From positions 11,842,001-11,906,000 of the forward strand of contig CM068762.1 of NCBI GenBank assembly GCA_035084275.1: 64,000 nucleotides of DNA, read 5' to 3'. How positions within the stretch are numbered: position 1 is the first letter of the stretch; the number at the start of each line of letters is the position of its first letter. Below the pieces are notes generated by a model that saw nothing but the letters and a program-made list of their open reading frames with translations, had not been told where the DNA came from and ran no database searches. Positions 51,982 to 63,600 of the stretch are shown one piece after another. Both the position numbers and the translations under genes were made by a program. This DNA comes from Hydrolagus colliei. Its lineage: Eukaryota.

Positions 51982-54072
51982 CTTTCCTTTACAATTACCG
52001 GTATATAATTTTAGTTTGTTGAAAAATAATTGATACAATATAGGAATTGTATAGACAGTTACAACAATCACTTGGTATTTAAAAGCCCCCAAATATAGCA
52101 GCGACTCTAAAAAAAAGACTATTGTGATTGAAATGCAAGTTTCTGATAAATGTGCGTCCGACAAACTGAATCAGTAAAATCTGAAACACTAATCACGGAA
52201 TAATGTTAACAAAAGTAAAATCAGGGTTTGTTCAAATTTAATGGCAACACTTTACTAAAACTGTACTTTACTCTGGTTACTCTGACCTTTCCATCTTAGT
52301 CTGATTCAATCTGTTTAATTTCTTCAGACTGGAGAATCTGACTGTTTGACACACTGGGAACTCGCAGTGAATCTAACCCACAGACATAACATGGAAAACA
52401 ATAAAGTGATGGGTGGACAATGATTGAGATCTAAAATGAAATCAACAATTTACAGTAACATTCAGTGTTTTATAGTTGAACAATCTGACCTTTCACACAG
52501 CAAAGTCACCTGAAAACAATTTAGAATGTCAAATAACATTATTAAAAGGCTGAATAGGCTGTTTGTGTGGGTTTCTGATATGGGGTCGATTTTGTATTAA
52601 TGAACCTTGGGTACATTTTGTATTAATTTTTTCTCCACCTTTTCAGTAGAATAATAACTAATTTTCACTGGATATAATTTCACATTGTAGCTAAAATGAT
52701 GATAAATTATACATGTGTTACATTTGAAAGATTTTACTTCTGTGATTCTTCATATTTCTCTAAACGCTGGCAGGTCCGGCCTGCCCCATGATAGTTTGTC
52801 CCCAAAATGGTCATTAACCCTTACCGATGTATAACCATAATATCACCAATGTATGTTATGTAAGTTTAGAACTACGAAAAATATCAGATAGTGGAAAACA
52901 ATTGGTTCAATCCATATCTTACATCAATTTGTATTCTCCCAAGTTGAAACTTCAACCAGAAATAGCAGCTCTCCTGATGTCAAGGTAGATTAAAAAATGG
53001 CAATGTTGACAATAACAAAAATCCAAAATGACAAAATAAACTGCACGTTTGTTATCTGATTGTAGCCTAGGCAGCAGTTTGGATGTTACAATTTCCCTTG
53101 AGCTTCACAGGGTTACTAATAATCTCTCCAAAAAAAATTTAAATCGTCATTTTCAATCCACGAATGTGGAACACTGCTATGTGCAATTGGCTGCTGTGTT
53201 TTGCCCACAAATATACAGTCAATTCACTTTACAGTATATTCTATGAAGCGCTTTGAGACGTTGATAAGATGTGAAAAGCGCTACATCAAATGCAAGGATT
53301 ATTATTATTCGTGTTGCCAAACACTGGAGTGTTTGTTGCTGTTTTTGTTGTTAATATTATTGCTTTTGTTGTTTATTATTGTTATTTGATTCCCCCCACC
53401 CCTGCCCCCATCTTCTTCTTCCCTCACTCCCTTTCCCCACTTTCTCTCCTCCCTTTTCCCTTCCCCTCCCTCTTCCCTCTTCCTGATCTTGCCCCACCCA
53501 TCTTTCCCTCCCTCTCTTCCTTACCCCCCTTTCTCCCCCCTCTTCCTCCCTAACCCTATCCCATCCCACCTTTCCCTCCCTCTCCCCCCTTACCCTCTTT
53601 TCCCCCTTTCTCCCCTGGCCCCATTTTCGCGATTGTTTGTGGGGACACTGCTGTGCGCAATTTGGCTGCCGCGTTTCGCCCACAAGTATACAGTCGACTT
53701 TCCTGCTTTTCTTCCCCCTGCCTCGACCCCTCCCCTTTTGCTTCTTTACCCCCTTTTGCCCCTAGTCCCACTTCCGTGACTGATTGTGGGACACTGCTGT
53801 GCGCAATTTGGCTGCCGCGTTTCGCCCACTAATATACAGTTACTTTTCCTACTATTCTTCATCCTGCCCTGATCCTTCCCACCCTGCTCTTGTCCTACCT
53901 GACTGTACAGCGCCTTGGGAAAGGCGCTATATAAATGTAAGTTTTGTTTGTTGTTGTTTGTTTGTGTGATGGTGCGGGAGAGAAAGAGTGCAATAGCTTA
54001 AGTTGTCACCGTGAGGTTTCCACTAGTACAGATTTACCTTATCATTCACAAATCCCAAGGTGCTCGCAAGAA

Positions 54073-54227
54073 AGATAACCAGGTAACCAGCCCTGACCCA
54101 CAGATAACCAGGTAACCAGCCCTGACCCACAGATAACCGGGTAACCAGCCCTGACCCACAGATAACCAGGTAACCAGCCCTAACCCACAGATAACCAGGT
54201 AACCAGCCCTAACCCACAGATAACCAG
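54073..54227. repeat. 29-bp minisatellite
   Basis: 5 copies plus a partial of AGATAACCAGGTAACCAGCCCTGACCCAC. Confidence 0.92.
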
Positions 54228-54349
54228 CTGCCAGCAAACAAACTCACTTTAATCTCAGGACAAACTATTGTCACAAATACCAAACTCTAAACTCATCCCA
54301 TCAACCAGTAGCATCTCCCCCATCCAGTCCTTCTCCAACCCTCAGCCTC

Positions 54350-54520
54350 TTCCAGCAGGCGGCGCTGTGTGCATCAGGCTGTAATGTGTACTTTCCACAC
54401 TAGGCGGCGCTGTGCGCGCGTCAGCCGATCACCCGCGAGAGCGCATGTTCCTTCACCAAGATGGCGGCCGGAGCCGGAAGTGTCGGTCGGTCGCTATGGC
54501 GCCGCTCAGGCCGCATTCTC
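54350..54520. promoter_or_regulatory. CpG-rich housekeeping-type promoter, gene not assigned
   Basis: Two CTCF-like motifs (54352-54365, 54397-54410), YY1 CAAGATGGCGGC (54457-54468), ETS/GABP CCGGAAGT (54474-54481). Confidence 0.55.
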
Positions 54521-54652
54521 GCTGCTCAAACCCTGACCCCTGACCCCCCACCGAAAAAACCTGACCTTAACTCCCCCCAAAACCTGCAAAAAAGGGCAGA
54601 TATCTCCTCAAATACATTCCTCAACAACAACCACACACACACACACACACTC

Positions 54653-55169
54653 GGGGGGGGAGGGGGGGGGGGAGCACTGGGCTGTGGGGGGGTGGGGGGG
54701 GGAGCACTGGCCAGTGGGGGGGTGGGGGGGGGAGCACTGGCCAGTGGAGGGGGTGGGGGGGGGAGCACTGGCCAGTGGAGGGGGGGGAGCACTGGCCAGT
54801 GGGGGGGGGGGGGGGGAGCACTGGCCAGTGGGGGGGTGGGGGGGGGGAGCACTGGCCAGTGGGGGGGGGGGGGAGCACTGGCCAGTGAGGGGGGGGGGGG
54901 AGGAGCACTGGCCAGTGAGGGGGGGGGGGGGGGAGCACTGGCCAGTGGGGGGGGGGGGGGGGGGGGAGAGCACTGGCCAGTGGGGGGGGGGGGGGGGGGG
55001 AGAGCACTGGCCAGTGGGGGGGGGGGGGGGGGGGGGGCACTGGCCAGTGGGGGGGAGGGGGGAGCACTGGCCAGTGGTGGGGGGGAGGGGGGGAGAGCAC
55101 TGGCCAGTGGGGGGGGGGGGGGGGGAGAGCACTGGCCAGTGGGGGGGGAGGGGGGGGGGAGAGCACTGG
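54653..55169. repeat. G-run / palindrome minisatellite (GAGCACTGGCCAGTG-Gn)
   Basis: About 15 copies (plus partials) of the 12-bp palindrome CACTGGCCAGTG separated by long G tracts. Confidence 0.92.
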
Positions 55170-55682
55170 AAACCTGAAACACGAACAGAAGTTCCTGGGG
55201 AAACTCAGCAGGTCAGGCAGCATCCATGGAGAGAGGAAAATGAGTCAACGTTGCTGGTCTACAACCCTTCGTCAGAACTGATGCTGACGCGAGATACCGT
55301 GAACCATGAGGTATGAGGAATGCCTTGAGTGTAAAGGGGGCTCACGTCTGTTTGTTCTGCATTGAGAATTAAATTCGGATTTAATCCTGCGTTCAGTGAT
55401 ACAGTGAGTGGGAATAAACGAGGACACTTAGCTCCTGACTCACTGTTCACAGCAGCCAGACGGTTGCGGGATTAGTTCCCTTCGCCTGATGTCAGACCCC
55501 CAAAATAAAACGTTCTTGAGAAATCGTTGTGAAACTTTTCTTGAAAACTGTAATTTTGAAAGCCACCGGATCGGCGGGCGCTAGGACTCCAGAGATCAGG
55601 GTCTCAACCCTTTTCTGACCAGTGTAAATTGTCAGCTTTAATTGGCTAATTGCAGACACGAGAGGCATTCTGACCCAGTCTG

Positions 55683-55772
55683 AAGTCAGTCAGTCACTCA
55701 GTCAGTCACTCACTCACTCAGTCACTCACTCACTCACTCAGTCAGTCAGTCAGTCACTCAGTCAGTCAGTCA
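55683..55772. repeat. (CAGT/CACT)n microsatellite just upstream of the PTPN22 ATG
   Basis: Mixed tetranucleotide array. Confidence 0.9.
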
Positions 55773-55825
55773 GGTCTGAACCACACAGGACTGAGAAGGC
55801 TACAAAAGAAACCTCACTTTTGATC

Positions 55826-55912
55826 ATGGACCAGAAAGAAATTCTCTTGAAATTTCTCAATGTGGTAGCAAGCAAGAAGTTTGACAAAGAGAACATTTCG
55901 AGTGAATTTTTG
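55826..55912 (+). CDS. PTPN22: PTPN22 exon 1
   Basis: [29 protein letters not shown]|gtaag. Confidence 0.88.
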
Positions 55913-58900
55913 GTAAGATTCTTGTGGTTTTATTCACGTTCCATTTTTGTGCGAATGTGAAGTCGGCGACAGTTGTTCCGGGAACCCAGTGTCTGGCAGG
56001 TTGTCGACCACACAGAGTGAGCGAGCAATTTAATCTCTGTATCTCTGTTCCGCAGGATAATAGTAATAATAATGTACATGGATCTCAGAGGATTCTTAAA
56101 CATCAATTAAATGCGTCGCCAAATCTAAATGTCCATATGCAAATCGCATATAGGAATTTTAATCCACTTTAATTGTTTTGAACATGTATATATACAGTAT
56201 TATATATTTATTCTTGTGTTCACAAGAAAGTTATTTGAAAAAACTAACTTTCGCGAGCGTTTCCCCGATTATTTTTTTTTAAAAAACAACACTTTTTTTT
56301 TTAATTTTAATTTTTTTTTCCGATTTCCCCTCAACTTTCGCAGAGACTGAAAAGGCAATCGACGAAATTCCGCAACGATCCCATGTCCGTTTCCAGCAGC
56401 GCAGATCGACAGGAAAATGTCAAGAAGAACCGATACAAAGACATTGTTCCCTGTAGGCAAACGTTTCTCACGTTGACTTGTCGCAACTTCGAAATTAAGA
56501 TGTTCCTTCCATTGTCAAGGATTTGTGTACTTTGTGTCCCTATTCCCTGTCCCTATTCCCTGTCCCTATTCCCTGCCCCAATCCCTGTCCTAACCCTGTT
56601 CTGTCCCCGGCCCTGTCTCTAACCCTCGCTCCTGTCACGACACTTCCTTCCGCCATCGGGACGGGATTTTTGCGCTGATGTGTTTGCGATATCAAAACTT
56701 CACCGACCCTCAGGCCGGTCAGTCAGTGAGCGAGCCGAACACGGTGGTTTGTGAAATGTGACAAATGTGAGTGAGTTTTGACCAATTTATACTTTTATCT
56801 TTCAGTTGACCACAGCAGAGTCAAGCTGTCGCTGGTTATTTCTGACAAAGATTCTGATTATATCAATGGGAATTTTATTAAGGTAACACAAGCTTTATAA
56901 CTATATTCCTTGCACACTCAGGAGAGCAGGAGAGCGTCCCAAAGCGCTTGGTGGGGGATGGGGGGTGGGGGGGGGGGGGTCAGAAACCACACCTATCTCC
57001 TCACTGAGACCCACCAGGAGTGACTGGACTGGTTTGTGCGGCTACACACACTCACACACACTCACCAAACTAGAAACTCTATTGTGTGTTGGTGATACAC
57101 ACATTCACGTCTATGGAATCGGAGTTCAAAGGCTTAATAGTTTTTTCTGAAATCTAGATTTTGAAGATGATTCAGCGATCCATGAATTGAACTGAAAAGA
57201 TACAGAAAAAAACATCTTCTGATGTGAAACCTTGTTTCCCCCAGGGAGTGTATGGGCCTAGAGCCTACATTGCCACACAGGGACCTTTGCCTCACACGGT
57301 GGTGGATTTTTGGAGGATGTTGTGGGAATATCATGTTTCGGTGAGTGTTACTCTCTTTCCATTCCATAAACCGGGCTTTTCGTAAATAAATATTGGGGAG
57401 ATTTCCCCTTTGTCAGATTTCTGATTGGATTCTCTCAATGCCCTACACTCTCTGATTTATGAATCTAGATGTACAGTAAAGCCTGCCTTTCTACCTCTGT
57501 CACCTTTATACCTGTAGTAAGTGATGAAGGATCCTTAGGGTAATATATTCTATTAAATTGTATAATATTGGGACTATCATGTTCTGATGAACTATAGAAA
57601 AAGAATGAATTTGATTTTGTGATGGCATCTTATCCACTGATTTATTATCATGTGCTTTACATGTCATCACTGTCAGGTTCAGTGATGGTTTAGGGTTAGT
57701 GAACAGTAAACATGGCTACCATTTGTATTAGCAGAGTCACAGACATTGATATTACATTAACAGATCATTGACATTTGGAGTTGATCAGCTTCCCTGGTCA
57801 GAGTCCCTTTAATATTATGATTAATATTCCATTTTACAACTCTCTCTCCCCAAACTCAATGTGAGGTAGTTACCAACTATGGAATCAAACGAGGCAGCCA
57901 CAGGTTACACAGAGAGAGTTTGATCGGCTGTTTATGTTTATACATGAGCTGATGATTGGCGAATTCACAAGTTTGGTTTGGATGAAAGACCCTAAAATTT
58001 ATCCTTTATTCTCCCAGAACATCCCCTCCCCACATAAATTAATCCAGTGTCCTGTTCTCTATCATCTTTCCTGCCAATCTGTTCCATTCATTGATCACTC
58101 CCCATAAAGAAATACTTCCTGGTATCTGCCATACAGTTGTCCTTTACAATTCTGACTGTTCTCTGTTTGTTCCTGGCTTGTGGCATCCTAAATTCACGGC
58201 AGCAAATTGTGCACTAAAGCTGAACATATCAGCCACATGTACTCGGTTGTTGGGAATAGAATTGTCCTCGGAGGAGACTGAAAGAGACCTGAAGTCATTG
58301 CTCCATGTGAATCAGCAATAAATAACAGCAAGCAGAGCGATTGTGACAACTCAGTTAACAACAACAGCAGCTAAATTACATTTGTTCAGATTCCCCCAAA
58401 TCCTGTCAAGTTCTTTGCCCCAACATGAGGCACTAAAATCAGATGAGACCATCGTGAGATGTTTGGGGTATGAAAAAACAAATGTCTGTCCTTGAAAAGG
58501 CTCATTATTGTCTTTCCATGCCTGTAGTTCAAAAACCCAAGAATTCAGTGTTACCTTTTTTATGGGCTATATCTACCTGTAAAGTATTGTTCCTCTATCC
58601 CGCTCAAAATGTTATAATTGAAGCCATATCGGGAATAACAAGGAAAATGGATGGACGGCGTCTTATCAAACCCTGAGACAAAATAATGGCTTCTAGAAAT
58701 AAAACATACAAAATGCATTGCACCATTTCTCTCTGCTGATACTTCCAGTTCTGTAAAATATTTGATGTCATATCAAGGCAGGGGCAAGTTGGCCTGAATC
58801 AATTGTTTCTTTGAAAATCATTCTATACATCATTCTTTGTAATACCGTACAGTACAACGTTTTACATCCTGTGTTAGAGTTATGATATATTAAATGCCTT

Positions 58901-60639
58901 ATCTCCTTCTGCCTTTAGATAGTAGTTATGGCTTGTCGTGAATTTGAGATGGGACGGGTAAGATGTCCTTTTATTTTCCACCCTCCATTTATTACATTAT
59001 TGTTTAAAGAATTTTTTAAAAATAAAAATGTTATTTCTTTATTGTTTTTTTCAGAAAAAATGTGAGCGATACTGGGCTTACGGTGATGAGGATCCATGTC
59101 ACTATGGACCGTTTAGTGTGACTTGTGTGAGTATTGTGGTTATCAGTTCATCCCATTGGTAAAGCTCTCTGAGACGCTGTCCGGCGTGGAGGGCGCTATA
59201 TAAATCAAAGTCGTTGTTGTTGTAATGCTTTTTATCAATTCACTGCTGTATTTTTTGTCATCACAATGGAAACTGAACTGATTAAAAATAAATAAACTAA
59301 TATTGAAATAGAAAAGACAGTATAGAGCTTGTTCAGGAAACATGAGATTAGAACCAGGGAAACGTACAGTAATAATAATAATAATATAATAATAAGCGTA
59401 GTGAGCAGCTTCACGGGGTCTGGAGTCAGTGACACGAGGTCAGTCGGGAGACATGGGTCGCTGCCGCTGAGAGACTCGGAATCGCTTCACGTTTCTCGCA
59501 CACGGTCCCGAGGCCGGATTCTCGTGATGCAAACAGCGAAGTCGGCCAGGCTGAGACAGCAACACATGGTTTCCGGATGGGAATTATCCGCCTGATGCCT
59601 GAGCCCCTGTTCGGACGAACCACAAGAATCCATCAGCAGTCACACACACAACTGGTAATGTTAGTGAAAGTGTTACCAGTAGTGTTTCTCGCCATGTTAT
59701 GATAAGTGTGGCTGGTAGTATTACAGGTAATGTTACTAATAGAGTTACTAGTAGTATTAATAGTAGGGTTACTGTTAATGTTACTGGTTAGCAGTAACTA
59801 GCAGTAACGCAGGCCGTTGCGTTAGTTAATCATCACTGACATTTGATGGAACTTATTTAAGAAAGCATTCCCTTGGAGAAGTGGCTTTTGTTTTGTTTTG
59901 TGTTGAAATTATGTAATTGGCAGTTTCACAACACACTGAGGCTGGGATGTGAGGGACATCTAATCTCACAAGGTTGCCCTGAAGTAAGAATGTGACAGTA
60001 CTGTGGGTATTAATTTTGAATTAGTAACAAATTTAGACTAAATGTCACTGGAATTGAATGTGGAAGAAAAATGCTCGATCGTCTGACACATTAATGTTTA
60101 TTCACTTGTTTTTTTCTTTTACATTTTGCCAGGAAACAGAGAAAAACAAATCTGAATATGTTGTCAGAAGATTGAGAGTTCAGTTCCAAGATGTAAGTAG
60201 ATAACGTTACAAGAATTGTACCTAATTTCATTTGTAGTATAAGTGAAGCAGAGTTCCAATTAATCCATCTTAAAATATTGATGAGCAATTGATAGCTCTA
60301 GAGAAATTTCAATTCACTTGTGAGAAACCAGTTCACACAGTGATAAAGAAACATGTCATAGTTTCAGTATTATTAAGATAGATATTCTGCCTCGGATGAA
60401 CTGTGTTTGTTGTCTCTACCATATTTTGCATTTATCAATGAGCAGGCAACATCGTCAGGTCGTTCACCAAGGCTCAGCAGAACAAGGAGTTCTGACGAAA
60501 GGTCAGCAACCTGAAACATTAACTAATTTTCCTCTCTCCATAGATGCTGCCTAAACTGCCGCGTATTCCCGACGACTTCTGTTTTTTAACTCATCGAGGC
60601 TGCTGGTTCACGTTTTGCTTTTGGCTGAATTATTGTTAG

Positions 60640-60673
<34 letters not shown>

Positions 60674-63600
60674 GGCTTTACTTGGGCCGTTGTGTTTTAC
60701 ATTGATTCCTTTTGGAACACGACCGCCGCAGCCTAAAGATATTTTCTTGCTTCTAACTCAGATGTATCGTACAGTTCACCAGCTGCACTACATGAACTGG
60801 GCGGATCACGATGTTCCATCTTCCATCAGCCCCATCTTAGACATGATCTCAGACATGCGGCTGCTGCAGCAACATGACGATTTCCCGATCTGTATCCACT
60901 GCAGGTAACAGCTCGCTTTAGCCACACGCAGACTCACAAAATATAAATTGTATTGTGAAATTAATAACTGGAATAACAATCCTTGAATTTGATATCGTGC
61001 TTTTTAGATCTCGCAAAGCACTGCACAGAATATGCAGTAAAATGAATCGACTGTATATTTGTGGGCAAAACGCGGCAGCCAATTGCACACAGCGGCGTTT
61101 CCCCCCCCCCCCCCCCCCCCACAAACACCCATGGATTGGAAATGACCAATTTATTGTGAAGGTTGACACTACTAATATGGAACTAGATGCATAATCACAC
61201 AGGTTACAACAATAATAATCTTTACATTTGGTACACGTGTCATATAAGGAGGATGTCTCAAAGTGCTTCACAGGACGTATCTTTACCACTTCCACTTCTT
61301 GGCAGACACTGTCCTCCTTCACATCCCCCACCTTACCCACCATATCGTCAGTGGTCAGACTTCCCGTCTTTCTTCAGCCTATGCTCTAGAACTCTTTCTC
61401 GAAATTCCCCCCTCCCTCTCCTGTTGCCTTGTCTCCTTCAAGGTCCACCTCAAGATCTCCCTGTTTGACTGAGCCTGTCATCTTGGTCCAGGAACCAACT
61501 CTTGACTGTTCAGTGCCTTGGGACATCCTGCCCACGTGAAATCCGTCATACAATTGTTATTGTAGTCAACCTCCAGTATTTTGAGGTTGTTCTCACCCCT
61601 GGCAATAATTTAGTTTTTTGTTTCTGCCTCTCGAAAACTCGAATAGCACACTTTCGTAGCTTGCAAATGATGTTAGCACTTCCTGTTTCATTCAACAAAA
61701 TACCCATGTTTTTTAATAATGGCCTTTAATGCTTTATTAAAATTGGGAGCAGTGCATTGCCAACAAATAACTATATGTAGAAAAACTTCCCAACTCTCCC
61801 TCTGTCGTCCTAACTCTCTCCCTTGATATCTGCAGAGACCTTGGCACGGCATTTAATTCTGCTTCTCTCTGCATTTTGTGATCGGTATTCCCTCTCGTAG
61901 TCAGTTTCACCCCAGTTTCCGTTTTCACTTCTGACACCAAAACGCTTTGTAGATTCATTCAGTTCTTTAATTCAAACTTTGCAACTCACCCTCCATCAAA
62001 TCAACATTTTTCAAACACTCTTGCAAATCTGCAAGTCACTCTTCCCTGAATCCTTTTACACTTGCATCGCCCATATTCAATTGTTGATTATATTGTAAAA
62101 GCAATATGGAACACAAAGTATGTGTGTCGCCAGTCTCAATTAGGGTCGGTAACTGTTTCTCTACTTTATTTCAATAGCCAACAGCTGGTAACAATTAATC
62201 TCTTAAGTGTCTCTTGGCCTGTGACTCCTTCCCAGGCACAGGCTTCGCTCATTCCTTCATGTCTAGTAACATTTGTTGTGACGCTTACTTTACCTCATTT
62301 AAAAATAAACCTCTGAAAAAAAAACTCTCTGATTTTGTAGCTTCCATTATTAAAACTTTAGAGGATTGTTTTCACACTCCACATTTCCTTGGGGATGTGT
62401 TGAATTTTCTATTCCCCCCAGTTCAATTGCTATTAAAGCACCATTAACGTTGTCTAACTCATCCTGTTTGTTTGTATTGTAGTGCTGGTTGCGGAAGGAC
62501 TGGTGTTATCTGTGCCATCGATTATACCTGGAAGCTCCTGAAGGATGGGGTAAAGATAGTCCGAGTTCCCTTTCTGACATCTAAACAATTTGCGCCAATG
62601 CCAGTATTTTAAAATTATTTTGAATAATGATTAAAAAGATAGATTTTTTTTTAAAGAAACACAATTCCCTTCACTTTCTTTTGCCTTTTCAGATAATTCC
62701 AGAAACTTTCCACATTTATGACTTGATCCAAGAGATGAGGACACAACGCCCATCGTTTGTGCAAACCAAGGTAATTGTGGTCACTGGTGACAGTATCAAA
62801 GATGAAAGAAATAATTAACAATGAGTTAAAGTTTAAACATTTTTCAATGTAGTTGCAAAGTATCAATTCACAAATGCATGGACTTGTTGAATTCTAAATT
62901 ATAAACATAGATTAGAGACTATAAGTGCTGCCTTGTTCTGAGGGTATGATTCGCACAAGTTATTTTGGAGTTTGGCTGTTAAATTACATTAACGGCTGGA
63001 AGCTGTTTATTTCTTAGTTGCACTTTCTTTTAACGACAGAAACATTTGAGGCAATTTGGCTAGTTATAGCTTGTGATTGTAAATGTTGGGTTTTTTTCGT
63101 ACCAGTACCAATGATATGTAACAAAACTCTCTGTCGAGTGTTGAAGAACTGAAATGAAACTATTTCCTGATATCGCATGATTGAAATGTAACAGATCTCA
63201 ACTCATTTCCCTTTGCGGCCATTGGTGATAAAAACACATTTCAATTATTGACTGTAGTATACAATTCCATGCCATTATATGATACTGTAGCCTTCATAAG
63301 TTATGTGTTAAACAATTTAGTGCCTAATTATTTTAATTCACTTAAAAGTCCGCATTGGAGAATAAAGGTGGAAAGGAATGCACTTCCAAATGAAAATGCT
63401 TCACTCAATGTGGAGTTGAAATTAGTTTTAAATAGTGATGGTCCTAATTTTCCCTTGTAGTAACACTGATTATCCAGTGCCCGACTGACATGAAAGGTGC
63501 GTTACAATTGCAGTGTTGTTGCTGTTGATAATATTGTGTGTTCATCAATAAGCATTGCAATCGATGCTAATCGGAACTTTTTGTTTCCTGAAAATTGTTT

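Noticed and set aside
51640-54227. Tandem arrays as CRISPR-like or RSS-like elements
   Set aside because: There are no unique spacers, the context is eukaryotic, and GACAGTG has no appropriately spaced nonamer; ordinary minisatellites.
54461-55316. Long Gly-rich and Pro-rich ORFs (174-238 aa) on both strands
   Set aside because: They are translations of the G-tract/palindrome minisatellite; open in most frames, with no splice or domain support.
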